This document shows positions 9,158 to 22,162 of a stretch of DNA of 64,000 nucleotides, in pieces (within the stretch, counting starts at the first letter, position 1; the number at the start of each line of letters is the position of its first letter). The position numbers were made by a program, and so were the translations under genes. Below the pieces are notes generated by a model, which had not been told where the DNA came from, ran no database searches, and saw only the letters and a list, made by a program, of their open reading frames with translations. Origin of the DNA: Macrostomum lignano (taxonomy: Eukaryota); contig NIVC01001308.1 of NCBI GenBank assembly GCA_002269645.1, positions 98,501 through 162,500 on the forward strand, in the 5' to 3' direction.

Positions 9158-9300
9158 TGTTATGTCCTCTTCTTCTGCTTCTATACCGACTATTGCCTCC
9201 AGGCTACCATCTGACATCAAAGTCAAGTCGAAGAAGCATTATTTAAAATACGAGCTGTTCACAAGCTTTATTTGCCTCTAGCCGGCGCACGTCTTGTTTT
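9147..9300 (-). repeat. PBS (TGGCGACGAG) and adjoining 5' LTR end (...CATAACA) of the second Gypsy element; far LTR boundary not resolved
   Basis: Minus strand reads ACATAACA-A-TGGCGACGAG with the gag ATG overlapping the PBS; AATAAA on minus strand near 9270. Confidence 0.6.
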
Positions 9301-9934
9301 TCCTTTGTAATACTGTTAGCCTTCAGCTCTTAAAGAAATAAAAGATTGTACCCTAGACTATAGACAAAAGAAGAGAAGCATTAGTGCATTTGCTAAACCA
9401 AAAGTCCATACACAACAACCCTGTCAATGCATCAAAAAACAAAACGGCATGTAAGCTGCAGGACAGAAAAAATCAAATTTTCAGCTTTTTAAATCGCAAA
9501 TTTCAGAGCCATGCGTACAGCTATAGCTATTTCTAGGGGGTAGAGAAGTGAGAGGAGAGGGAAGAGGAGAGGGGAGGGGAGAGGAAAGAGAGTAGAGAGG
9601 AGAGAAGAGGAAGGAGAGAGATCTCCAAACACAGTAGCCTACTAAAAGTAGTAACATAAAATTATGAACACAAATTTAAAAATAGCTATGTGTCATACTC
9701 TATTTTTAGTAATACCAGTCATATCACGCAAACAGTGAGTGGCTATGCTATTGTTCGAAAAAACCGGTTCTCGACATCTATTTTTAGAACTTCCAAATAT
9801 GGTAAATGTTAACCTGAATGTGACCCAAGTCTCACCCCTTTCTATTCAAAAACCCAACCTGTCAAATAATAAAATTCCTTTCGTGAACTCATCAAAAAAA
9901 CCGGTTTTGAGCTCAAGGTCGACTCAAGGCCGAA

Positions 9935-10045
9935 AAATTGTGTATAAATACAAACGCAAAATCCGAGCTGAAATCTCAGACTCGGAGCAGCCTCCGAAGA
10001 GGCTATATCTCTGAGGAAGAGGTAAACACCAATTGGTAAGCTTTG
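9935..10045 (+). repeat. Diverged LTR-like segment related to the env-element LTR (boundaries unclear)
   Basis: tataaatacaa...ggagcagcctccgaagagg parallels tataaatacaag...ggagcgctccgaagagg at 7748-7816. Confidence 0.35.
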
Positions 10046-11389
10046 TTCAAGTCTTCGTTATTTGGATTATTGAGAGCGATTGTTATTGCCGGCCGTTACT
10101 GTTCAGTCGATTTTATCGAGTCTATTGAGTTTGAGGCCTCCCTTTTCCTAAGGGATTGGATAGGATCTGCGGACCGATTCCGATACCCTTAGAGGATTAT
10201 TGATTTGATTGATTTTGGTTATCCTAGATTAACCGATAGGAGCACACGACTCCGATTCCGTTAGTTCTAGAAGAAGACGCCCTTTCTGGAGGACCTCGTA
10301 TAGAAGTTGATTCTGTTACTAGGGCGCATCGTTGACATTGATTTCGGCACTCGAGAATATATTGAATCCTGCACTTGAAGAAATACTGCGACGTCGATTT
10401 AATTGTTACGCTCTCACTTTCGGCCGATTCTAGACTTCAAGAAGACTACCCCGGGAGGAACAGCTCTAAGGAGACGAGCTCTACAGACGCGCGCGACAAA
10501 GAAGAGGAGCCCGCAACAGTAAGTGATCACTGAGTTTGTTCCCAGGCTTAAGTGTCTGGAAGTGGGAGTTTACGGGAGACTGATCACCTCCCGAATCAAC
10601 TCTTCAGATTGCTATTGTGAAGTTTCAAATTACACGAGGGCGGGATGGAGAGGCTTTGCCGGATTTTGCCGACCCCTGCCTGTTACATCGACTTTAACTT
10701 CCGGACATGAAAGTGTGGTATGGAGTTTCAGCAACTCTACACTTAATTATAGTTATTCCCCGCCGTGCTAACGATTAAAGGCTCGTGAAGCATGTCCCTG
10801 TTAATCCGGACATTGTTGCAAGGTTGGTGACAGATCATAGCATATACAGTGTATGATGCAACGCACAAGTTCTAGTCGGGCTATGTTGCTAGCTACCATT
10901 TCTTGGGAGCGTCGAGAGCGTCGGGTCGGTACGATTGGGCCAAGCTGCAGTGCCCGTCCACTATCCGCTGCGCCCAGCGGCGACTTCAACTGGATTCGAG
11001 ATTCGAGATTCGTGGACGAGATTCGAGCCGAGGGCTACTGCCCCCTGATCAGGACGTCCTCCTGCTCACCTTGCAGGGCCCGTTCAGACAGGGTCAGGTT
11101 CAAACCCGTCGATACGTGCATGGACTGCCTGCTGTGCGACGCTGGGGCGCCCGAGACTGCCAGCGGGGCGGAGCGGACCTATCGCTCTGTCGTCAGCTTT
11201 CTATTCTAATTCGGATAGTGTTAGTAGTAGAGTTAGGTCGGAATTAGCTCGTACTTTTTAATAATTATGAGGAGTATATTGCTGCAAAATCGTTTACTGC
11301 TGCACGCACAACGAGAACTTCATACAGCTGATTTTCGGCATTAACATGATGTGTGCGTCAGGGCATGACCTGCATAACCATCCACATTG

Positions 11390-11960
11390 TGATGTGTTCC
11401 TTATTACCAGACCTTCTCTGTAATCAAGGAACAATCACTTCTAGAACTTTAGCTAGGCAACCCAGTATTCAACTGAAGGTAGTTATTACCTTGAGTCCGG
11501 TTGAGTAGTTCTCTTCCTGTGAGTTGATCTCGCAATAGGAATCGGTTAGATCAGTTGATCTGGCGCCTTACTTCTTGTCTCGGGTCCGAGTCTTCTTTGT
11601 ATTCCTTGCCGGCCGGTATCTGTAGTGTAGACCAATAGGAAGCTTCCAATTAATAATAGGATCCTTGCGCCAACAGCGGTATCAAATAAGCCTACTCCTT
11701 CTAGCAGTGACTTGATGCACTCTAGGTATAGCTCCGGTAATCACTGATAGTCCTCTAAGATCTATCAGGGCAGTCCTTCTGGAGATTGCAACCAATGGAG
11801 TCTAAATAGACTCAAGAGTCTCAACAGACTCAAACTAAACTCAAATGAGACGTCTCAACAACAGGCGCAAATGAGTAAGGCTTCAGGAAGTCCTGCTGAG
11901 GCTTCCTCTTCGGAGCTCTTCTCCTTCCGGAGGATTTCTTGGCACTTGTATTTATAGGTA
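11390..11960 (-). repeat. LTR of the same family in inverted orientation (may extend to about 12393)
   Basis: Reverse complement aligns by eye with about 7750-8399, including the ...GGAACACATCA end; possible other end TGTAAAAA at 12393 with imperfect TSD ATTG/ATTT. Confidence 0.8.
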
Positions 11961-12965
11961 AATGAACCTCCTTCGAGGTCGTCCATCATCTTTTTCGTAA
12001 ATGTCAAAGGGTCACGCTTTGGTTGCTGTCAAGCATGACAGGGAAAAAAAATTGCGCAACTAGTCTACTGTAAACGCGCATGATTGGTTACCGTAGCTGG
12101 TAGCTTTTGATTGGTTCATCCGGGTGCAAACCGGGTGCAAGCCAAATGATGAATCGCAGGTGGGGTTTGAACTGACAAATGTAGGTCGCACGTGACCAAT
12201 GATGAGTCGCAGATGGGGTTTAACTTGACAATTGTAGGTCACGCATGATTGGTCGGTTGCAAAAAATAACATGTTCGACTTTACTCTCTTGTGGTTGGCT
12301 GACTAGAATATACTTGTGATTCAGTACTTAATTTTATACATGCTACTTATCTTACTACTGAGTTACTACTGGCCCAGCTGCTGAATTTTTACAATTTCTC
12401 GTCGATATCTTTAACCTTCTTTATTCAGTTCTTCATTCAAATTACTTATTGAAACTATATAAGTGAGTATTTAGTCAGAATTATTGTGCAAAAAGTACAC
12501 TGGCTCCGTAAGGAATATTGGGCCAGAATTGCGCCTCCACAAAGAGGTTCTCATCTATAGGTTTTAGTTATAGAAAAGTCCTTGGCCTAGTTATCCATAA
12601 AAATCCTGAATAAAACACTGCTCCCATCATTAAAAGCCTCGCTATACGTTATCTGCAGATGCCTCAGCTTCCCGCATGCCCGTGCATTGCCCAGCACGTC
12701 TGTCGCTCAGGAGTCAGGAGTGAGGGAGAGAGACTGACTCCATATATCAACTTTATTGAATCCTCTACTTGGCTCCCTGCTGCAATGTCTCGCTGCCTTC
12801 AATAAAGTTGCGCGTTAATTTTAGCAATTTGTCTGCATGCTGGTTGAGTTGAGCCGTTGAGCTTTGGAAGCAACGAAGAGATGCAGTGGGAGAGCTGGCA
12901 TATGGTAATGCATGCAGAGCAGTCATTGCTGACTTCGCTACTCCAACAGGATCCTCAAGCCAAAG

Positions 12966-13797
12966 TGATGTGTTCCTTACTACCAAGACTTTTTAGTAGT
13001 CAAGGAACAATCACTTCTAACTTCTTTGCTAGGCAACCCAGTTATCAGATAAAGGTACTTCTTACCTTGACTTCGATTGGAGATATCTCTTCAGGAGTTC
13101 TCTTGTAGATCTCGCTTGGATCTCTCTTTGATCTCGTAGATCAGGCGCCTTGGTTCTCCTGTTGCCCTGGTCCTGGTTCTTCTTGCACTTCTGATGAAGT
13201 GACTTCCGGCCGGTGTCTGCAGTCAGGACCAATCAGAGGCCTCGCATCAAATAATGGGTACCCTGCGCCGAATAGCGGTTTCTCCTTAGCCTTCTCCTTC
13301 TAGTAGTGCCTCTATGCACTCTAGGTAATGCTCCGGTAATCTCTAATAGATCCTCTAAGATCCTCTACTCAACAACAACTGGCGCAAATGAGAAAGGCTT
13401 ACCGCAACAGCTCGACCGAGTCTCGATAGACTTGGTGATCAGGAAGTCCCTCTAAGGACTTCCTCTTCGGAGCGCTCCTCTTCCGTGGGGAGAATGACTC
13501 CGGTACCGCTTTGGGCCGCTTGTATTTATAGACGATTTTGCAGGCCAAAAATAGTAACATGACTCATGGGTTGCGCTATAATTGGTAACATGACTCTTTG
13601 CGGCTATTATTAGAAAGTGATTCATTCCGTTGCAATAAATAGTAACATGATTCATTCTGCTGATATAAATTGTAACATGATTCATAACATGATTCATCGT
13701 TAAAGTTTAGGTCCGCATGCGTGCACTTACTTACTTACAGTAGCATCCATCCTAGGATTATCAATTACTTCTTTTGCGGGAGGTAGAACACTCTACA
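12966..13797 (-). repeat. Solo LTR of the same family with 4-bp TSD AAAG
   Basis: Minus strand TGTAGAGTGTTCTACC...GGAACACATCA; AAAG at 12962-12965 and 13798-13801. Confidence 0.88.
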
Positions 13798-14795
13798 AAA
13801 GCATCTCACAGTGCTTTGATGGGTTGAAAAATCCAAAAGCGCCATCTCAGATGTGCTCAGATTTCAACAGCCATTTAGAAAGTCAACAGGCAGCACTCAC
13901 GATTGTTGCTAACTACGAGAGCGTAATATTTTATCATAAGGATTCATAAAATGTGAGGATAGAAAGTTTTGTATATAATTGTTAGAAAAAAGTACGAGAA
14001 AAAAGGTTAATATAGTATAGCGACAATTACAGTAACTTACAGCTACTGTAAAAGTATCGAAGAGTCTCGCTACAGACATTACAAGCTTAATGACTCTGGT
14101 TAGCTAAAAATATTATTCTCACTTCTGTCACCGCAACATAAAGTTATTTCTTCATCATTGAGTGCTATAAGGTAAGCTGTCAAAGCTTAGTACAGCGATC
14201 AGTTTTAAGAACGAATGTTAAAACAAAGACCTGCTTTAATAAGCAAAAGCAACTCTACAATGGGGTCAAGAAGCAGACGGGTTGAAGAAAAACCTTCAGT
14301 TGTAAAAGCACTTTAAAATTACAAAGAAAACGATCATTTCATGCAGGCATGCTGCGCCACCAACCTAAACCAAAGCTGCTAGAGCTTGCATTAAATAAAT
14401 TTCTGTTGGATAAAATTTGTCCTGAAATTATTGGGGTCGTGACTCGACAAATCAATTAACGCAGCAGCTGACCTGCAGGAAGCTTTACGAACTCCCCACT
14501 AGCCCAGAACTGAAAAATTCACTAAATATGATTAGTGACACAAGGCTAAACAGTCTAGTTTAAATTCCAGAGGTTGGAATTTAAAGAGCTTAATTTTAGT
14601 AAATAATTACGGACAAGCAAGCAATCATTCATTCAAACATACAAATCTTAGAGATTTAGTGTATTTAGATTACTTCATCCCTCTCGGACGGTGCAATTTA
14701 TTCTCTGCAGGCACTTTAATTCTCTTTGATTCAACAGCAAATCCCTTCAATACTCTCGCACATCACAGTTTTCAGCTCAGTTGAAAATCAGGCAC

Positions 14796-15409
14796 TCAAA
14801 CGTCTTCATCGTCTTCATACGATAAAACAAGTGCGGTACCAGCCTCATTAAGATAGTAATAAAGACCCCGTGTGTTCATATTGGGATACTCTTTGTAGAC
14901 TCCGTTCGGGGACATGAATGTGCAATAGCCGTACCACCACCCGGAGGACTCTGCGCAGTTGCCTCCGCTCCAGTTGTCATTGTCGGAGTCCGGGGTGCTG
15001 AACTGCTTGTTGTTTCGGCGAGTAGTCTGTATGAGTCAGCTGTCCGACACTCGACCTGCTCGCGTCCAGAGGTCCCATCGAGCACCTGAACTTGTCGCTC
15101 GCTGGGCCAACAGAGAACGGAGCATTTTCAGCCCAGTACCAGGTGCCGTTCCAGTCGCTGAACTCCCAGCGGACTCTCCACACTCCAGTGGCGGTGAGCT
15201 GGTGGAGCTGCTCCAGTCCCAGTCCAGTAGTTGAGACTCTCGCCCTGACCGAATTCGCTCGCGTAGTCCGTCCAGCTGCGGTTGAAGCTGACGGAGCCGT
15301 CGACTCTGTGCTGGAAGGTCGTCCAGCACTTCACCGGGTTTCTCATCTGCAATGGGAGATGCGGTGCTGCAGTCACCATTACAGCGCAGATGAAGAGCAG
15401 AGAATGCAT
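14796..15409 (-). pseudogene. Intronless fibrinogen-related domain (FReD) gene, disrupted
   Basis: WTTFQHRVDGSVSFNRSWTDYASEFG, LGLEQLHQLT, WEFSDWNG, FSTPDSDNDNWSGGNCAESSGWWYGYC spread over different frames (breaks near 15225 and 15040). Confidence 0.75.
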
Positions 15410-15599
15410 TGTGCCGGAGACAGCAGTTGTTTGAGATTCCGCAGTTTTGCTCCACGCGTTTGCATCCCGAGAGGCCCCGCTTTGATAACTTGAGTTTGGA
15501 GGTGGGTGACTGAGTTTTGTTTATGCGCGACTGCTTGGCAACAATGAGCGCACAAGCGGATGAGAGAAGAGAATTGAGACATCAATTTCCCGGTTCCTA

Positions 15600-16350
15600 C
15601 TCAGTGTACAGCTGTGTTACTGAACCATATAGCTGGGACTTATGGTAATTGGTGGTCTGGATAAGCAGGGCTCTGTAGCATGTAGAATACGAGCGTAGAT
15701 GTGGAGATTGATGGGAAATGCATAATGGACGCCGGGTGTCTGAGGCCTCTGTGCACAGATGCTTTGATGAAGTTAGCAACTGGGACTGAGGGCAAGGCTC
15801 TATATCGACCGCTTGTGCTATTAATGTTCCTTTGCTGGTTTCCTGGTTGCTGGTTAATATGCTTAAGACCGAGGTGCTAATTGTGTCGGCTGCGGTGTGT
15901 CCGCAACGATGAAGTTAGCAGAAAAGAGGCGGCGTAGCTCCGGGACAGCGATACACAGCGAGCGCTGGCCAAGAGTGCGGACTTCGCGACCATCAACGCT
16001 GCGTAGGAGGACTTTTGCGGGTGCCAGCAGGTGGCGAGGCGAGGTCCAATGACAGCAGGGAGCACTATAGGCACCGATATCAATGACGAAACGAACAACA
16101 GTTTTGAACTGTTTACGAGCTACATGGTAGCTCGTAGTAACGAAGAATCGGCCTTGTTGAATCGTAGGTGACATAGGTGGGGTAGGTGAGGTGACGTAGC
16201 GGATAATGCCAGCAGGTCCGGGTGCAGGTGGAGGATGCGACACAGCTTTCAAGTCGCTGGCGGCGTGGGCTCGGCAGGAAGGTACATGTAGCTTATAGGC
16301 CTGGCCAAGGCGAAGTTCTACCCGTCTCCGAGTCGCACCAAGTCGCACTT
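15600..16350 (-). mobile_element. Degenerate Gypsy-type protease/pol-start remnant
   Basis: RFVIDIGAYS...LRSVDGREVRTLGQRSL...LRRLFSANFIVADT resembles retrotransposon aspartic protease with a decayed DTG motif. Confidence 0.5.
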
Positions 16351-18164
16351 GGTCGCGAGGACTTGGTCGCGAAGTCCCACTGTCTCCGAGGCGAGGTAGT
16401 AGACATTAGCGACGAGAACCTGGTGTCAAGTACATGTATGCAGTGAGGGTTGGTCGCAGTTGAACCGAAGCGAGGGCCAGGCTATATTTAAAAGTAATAA
16501 ATACTGGACTTCTTCGTGCGCACGGAGAGGCAAAAATTCTTGATCGTGCAATCTAAATATACTAAATCTCTAATATTAAACTAAACGTTTAAAATACGCA
16601 CAAAACAGGCACAAAATAAAACGGCCCAATTAGGGGCCACCACACGCGAAAAATACACAGATGAAATAGGAAATGATTATTAATTGTCAGTTTAATGCAA
16701 AAATCTGACAGCAGTACTGCATGCTCAGCTGCAGGATGTACATGTAGCTAGCTCGAAACAGTTTGTAAAAATGTTATCATGACAGCAAGCGAAAGTAGTG
16801 TAAAAAATTATAAATTTGTATTGTTTGCTACCTTCTGTACATGTACGGCTGCATATGCACTTTAAATAAAGAATAAAAAATTATACACAATAGTTAATAC
16901 GAGTATCAGGCGTCGGCAAACTCCGGCCCGCAAAGCCTCTCTATCCGGCCCTCGGGGTCCTTTGTAACTTCACAATAGCAATCCAGCCCACTCATGGTCT
17001 GTCTCTCTTCTTTTTTCTCCTTTCTTGCGCCGATCTCTCCTCTCCTTTCTCATCTCCTATCTCCTCTCTGGCCCGCAGTAATGCGCTACATGCACATCAG
17101 CATGTAAAATCTACTTGTACATCTGGCCCTTATGTTAAAATATTTCAACACAAAAGTTATTTAAATTACTCTTCAATAGGTGTAATCCATTATTTTATGA
17201 CAGCCCTCTCCTTCAGACGTGACTTGTCCATCCTGCTGCTGCTCACTGAACTCGTACTTTGTTGACGAACTTGCTGGTTCTAAGTGACAGTTATAACAAA
17301 AGAAAATCAATTATTTTTTACAGTTTCATTGTAAAAAATCAAGTTATAAATTTTTGAAGTCATACGTTCTGCTGAAGTGCCTTCACCATATTGCTGCTGG
17401 TACATTTGCTGTTGCTCCTGAATCTGCATCAGATGCTGCTGGTACTCTGGCGAACTCCTCACATCGCCAATGACGAGCTCGGAGAAGTGTTTCTTTGCAA
17501 TCGTCCAGATGCAGGGGGGCCGTAGCCCAGCGGTAGCGCAGCTGCTCTGGTGTGCCAGCGACCCAGGCTCGATTCCAAGTGCAGTCACATTAATTTGGGG
17601 CTGAATTGGAATCTCGGCTTGGCTCTGCTCGTGCAATTAACGGCCTTGAGAGCCAACCCCCCCAAGGCGCAGTGAAGTGTACATGCCTAACGATAATATA
17701 AAGTTAGGGCCGCTGTACGCTCCTGTGTGAGTGTGTGCCTGCGTACGTATCCGCGCGCTTGTATGCCTGCTCAGGGGAGTCGGCGGAATGGGCACTAATG
17801 CCTCTCGCCGGTTGTGTGCCCATGTCGCTTAAAGTGCGCCAGGGTGCACACAACCCCCCTGCCTCTAATAAAAAAAAAATCGGCCAGATGCTGCTGTGCC
17901 CGTTCACCTGTAAAAATATTTCAAAGCGATTATACGATAGAAATGCGTCTTACAACCAGGTATTAGTTCAGATTGATGACCGAGAAGCCTTCTAGGTGCG
18001 AATTTAAAAGGCCGAGAGGCACAGGCAGTTGTTACTGTAGTCGTAGCGAGTCATTCGCTTCTATGCTGGGTAGCAGAATGGCTGCCACCACTTCGCTAAT
18101 CATTTTCTTGCCTTTGAACTTTAGCTTCTGCCGGTTGGTGAATATGAATATGAGTTATTGAGAA

Positions 18165-18285
18165 TATATGAGCTCATGGGAGAACTGCTAAGATGCCGAG
18201 GCTTAACGGAGAATCTCTAAGATAGTTAGATGTCGAGGCTCATGGGGGAACTGCTAAGATGTCAAAGCTTATGTGGGAATCGCTT
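18165..18285 (-). repeat. Short diverged copy of the 30-bp minisatellite found at 60470-61220
   Basis: ctcatgggagaactgctaagatgccgagg resembles the reverse complement unit aatgggggagttgctgagatgccatggctc. Confidence 0.5.
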
Positions 18286-18705
18286 AAAAGTATGTGGCAT
18301 TAACAAGCTTTAGGAAATTAACAATAGCAACTGGTACTCGTAGATAAACTCGAAATTAATTAAAAAAATGTATATCTTTCTTTGTTGCCTCCCTGTTGGG
18401 GGGGGGGCACAGAATGCTAGTCTACTATACTAAAAAAACGCATTTTGATTTAACCCAATAATTTGATAACCAATCGTCACCTTGCGAATCTCAATGGTAG
18501 TTTTGTTCAGCTCTCGACACGATTGGTTGCGAATTTCGCCTATGATGCTGAATGACTCGCAGGCAGAAAACCGCGCCTATCCAGGTGAATGTTGGCCACA
18601 ATGTCTCCGGCGCAAAGACAGCTGAACAAGCTGCAGCACGACCTGGCTGGGGATCAGAAGTTGTAAATGGGAATCCCATTTTAATCCCATCCCTCCTCCC
18701 TGATG

Positions 18706-19822
18706 CTTCAGTGGCGCCTCCTCCTCCCCGATGCCTCAGTGGGTGCCTCCTCCCCGATACTTCAGTGGGCGCCTCCCGATGCTTCAATGGCGTCTCCTCC
18801 TCCCCGATGCTTCAATGGCGCCTCCTCCTCCCCGATGCTTCAGTGGTGCCTCCTCCTCCCCGATGCTTCAATGGCGCCTCCTCCTCCCCGATGCTTCAGT
18901 GGTGCCTCCTCCTCCCCGATGCTTCAATGGCGCCTCCTCCTCCCCGATGCTTCAGTGGTGCCTCCTCCTCCCCGATGCTTCAGTGGCGCCTCCTCCTCCC
19001 CGATGCTTCAGTGGCGCCTCCTCCTCCCCGATGCTTCAGTGGCGCCTCCTCCTCCCCGATGCTTCAGTGGTGCCTCCTCCTCCCCGATGCTTCAGTGGCG
19101 CCTCCTCCTCCCCGATGCTTCAGTGGCGCCTCCTCCTCCCCGATGCTTCAGTGGCGCCTCCTCCTCCCCGATGCTTCAGTGGCGCCTCCTCCTCCCCGAT
19201 GCTTCAGTGGCGCCTCCTCCTCCCCGATGCTTCAGAGGCGCCTCCTCCTCCCCGATGCTTCAGTGAGCGCCTCCTCTTCCCCGATGCTTCAGTGATGCCT
19301 CCTCCTCCCCGATGCTTCAATGGCGCCTCCTCCCCTCCGATGCTTCAGTGGCGCCTCCTCCTCCCCGATGCTTCAATGGCGCCTCCTCCTCCCCGATGCT
19401 TCAATGGCGCCTCCTCCCCTCCGATGCTTCAGTGGCGCCTCCTCCTCCCCGATGCTTCAATGGCGCCTCCTCCCCTCCGATGCTTCAGTGGCGCCTCCTC
19501 CTCCCCGATGCTTCAATGGCGCCTCCTCCTCCCCGATGCTTCAGTGGTGCCTCCTCCTCCCCGATGCTTCAATGGCGCCTCCTCCTCCTCCCAAATGCTT
19601 CAGTGGCGCCTCCTCCTCCCCGATGCTTCAATGGCGCCTCCTCCTCCCCGATGCTTCAGTGGCGCCTCCTCCTCCCCGATGCTTCAATGGCGCCTCCTCC
19701 TCCCCGATGCTTCAGTGGCGCCTCCTCCTCCCCGATGCTTCAGTGAGCGCCTCCTCCTCCCCGATGCTTCAGTGGGCGCCTCCTCGGCTCCTCCCCGATG
19801 CTTCAGTGGGCGCCTCCTCCTT
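18706..19822. repeat. 28-bp minisatellite (cctcctcctccccgatgcttcagtggcg), about 40 units
   Basis: Direct tandem units visible; source of several repetitive ORFs. Confidence 0.95.
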
Positions 19823-20749
19823 ATTATCGTCGATGTAAACTTCCTGGGACGCGTAGATTTCCCTGTCCTTTTCATTGCCTTTGTCAGATTGAACCTGGCT
19901 GCTTCCGAATGGCGTGACTTCAATGCCTGTAGGACCAATTCAGGACAGCGTTTCAATCAGGAATCTTCACAAATAAAAAACACAACAAAAGAGACCACTG
20001 CCATGAGAAACTACTGTAGAGGGACACAACACTCGCAAAGTTCACTCAAAGGCCGAGGCACGTAAAAGTTTAACAAAATTAAAAAAACTGAAACCGGTGT
20101 TCATTAAACGGACTAGCTATTTTGGATAAATTCGAATGGCCTATCGCTACAAACTTGTTAACTCGGTCAAGAAAAATCCCCACTAAAAATGCACCCAGTC
20201 GAGAGAAACAACGCAAATTTTGACATAACCTTGCCTAATTGCCACACTGGGGCCAGCAGTATTTCTAAGAAATAAAAATATACATGTTGATCTGACTGCT
20301 CCGTTATCTTAAGTATTAACGTAACATCAGGTAAACCACAAACTGGCTTAATTTTCTAGCTATCTGATCCTGACCAGGCCGGTAAACAGACTGCGGGTTG
20401 ATCTCGGAGTCTAGAAATTCAATGCTGAACTGTCAAAGTTTCATATTTCAGGCCGACAAAACAACTCGGTTACCTTAATGAGCTTTGATCAAAATCGCTC
20501 TTAGGACTTTTTTCAATCAAATATTTTTTGAGCAGACTTAGAATCTTGCCGTGCCGTACATACAGACTGATGCTGTACTTTCTTGAAAAGAAAATTCTGG
20601 TACAGCCTCGCGGCAAATGTATTCAGAAGTGTACCAATTATAATGTACATCTTGGGACTACTTGTATACATCTTATGACCAGAATATTCCTGCTGTCTGA
20701 AAGTCAATGATTGATACTACTGAGCCGGAAATGTTAAGTAGTTAAATCA

Positions 20750-21130
20750 GATCTGGATTATTGCAATCAGATCTGGGTCATTGCAATCAGATATAGGTCA
20801 TTGCAATCAGATATAGGTCATTGCAATCAGATCTAGGTCATAGCAATCGGATCTGGGTCATTGCAATCAGATCTAGGTCATAGCAATGGGATCTGGGTCA
20901 TTGCAATCAGATCTAGGTCATAGCAATGGGATCTGGGTCATTGCAATCAGATCTAGGTCATAGCAATCGGATCTGGGTCATTGCAATCAGATCTAGGTCA
21001 TAGCAATGGGATCTTGGTCATTGCAATCAGATCTAGGTCATAGCAATGGGATCTTGGTCATTGCAATCAGATCTAGGTCATAGCAATGGGATCTGGGTCA
21101 TTGCAATCAGATCTAGGTCATAGCAATCGG
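20750..21130. repeat. 20-bp minisatellite turning into a 40-bp dimer (ttgcaatcagatctaggtca / tagcaatsggatctkggtca)
   Basis: Monomers at left, strictly alternating variants at right. Confidence 0.9.
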
Positions 21131-22162
21131 AAATGGGTCAAGAATAGACTCGAAATAGAAATAGACTCAAAGTTTAACAATAAATAGTGCAAGGCACACA
21201 TGTGCTGGCTTTACCATAGTATAAGTATATTTTGATCATGAAACGTCAGATTAATATTGATAGGCTTTAAATTTTATAACTGCACCATCGTAATAATAAA
21301 AACATGAGTTAATTTTTGCAAGATTGCAATACACGCTATTGATAAATAAAATAACAAGTAAAGTGTTATTCAGTTATTCTGTAACAGATTCAGCTCGCTT
21401 TGCCATATACAATATAAAGAAAACAGTAATCATAGGAAATTTGTGGGAATCCATGCAGGTGCTCTACCCATTCCGCCGACTCCACGCACTTGTACACACG
21501 CTCAAACGGGGTGTACAGCGAACCCTCGAAGCAACCATTGGTATCGTGGCGCGAGAATAAGTGCTCTGGTCCCCAGGACTTTACCATAGACTATAAAATT
21601 AAAAGCACTGCTTTTAAGTGAGGGAGGTGAGCTGGGTGTGGGTGCCCATGGCCTCACTTTGAACCATAGACTCATTCTATAGAATCTGATGTACATATAT
21701 GATTCTGATTTACGAGTAAAGCCCTTTTAATTATCATTGTCGATTTTTATCTTCCATCGAAATGACTGACGAATATATGAATACAAAATTCTCTAGTAGA
21801 TTACTTGTAGAATTTTTTTGCTGTTTATGACCCTTGAAAAGTCGTTTTACGCTATAGATCACATTGAGCTGGAGAGTTGGTCCCGCGGTGAGAGCCAATC
21901 ATGGCCCGCATGCATCTACATCAACGTCAACAATAGTTGTCAATGGTAATAAAAATATTCAGTTGGTAAAAACAAAGTAGTAGTGATGATATTGATTTCT
22001 TGTGAAATGCGAAATTCTACGAAAATCTCTAAACAGACGCTCAATTATAAGTAGTATCATTGTCGAATAAAAGTGTATCTAGCGTTCTAGATATCTGTGC
22101 TTTTCATAAACTCAAGTCTTGCATGCTTATATCAGTCCTAATAAATAATAATAATTGATTAC

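Larger units (their letters stand above)
17173..20444 (-). pseudogene. Alpha-arrestin (ARRDC-like) paralog, pseudogene
   Basis: Segments match the intact paralog exon by exon: MKL*QFSIEFLDSEINPQSVYRPGQ (from 20444), GIEVTPFGSSQV...YASQEVYIDD (from 19926), CCSLFSCLCAGDIVANIHLDRRGFLP/GEIRNQS (about 18640-18480), LPVP...SHLEGFSVINLN*YL (about 18040-17960); stops and frameshifts; 3' exons tentative. Confidence 0.7.

Noticed and set aside
10814-11300. GC-rich block starting TGTTGCA with overlapping ORFs, possible additional LTR
   Set aside because: No matching right terminus or TSD found; the ORFs have no recognisable motifs
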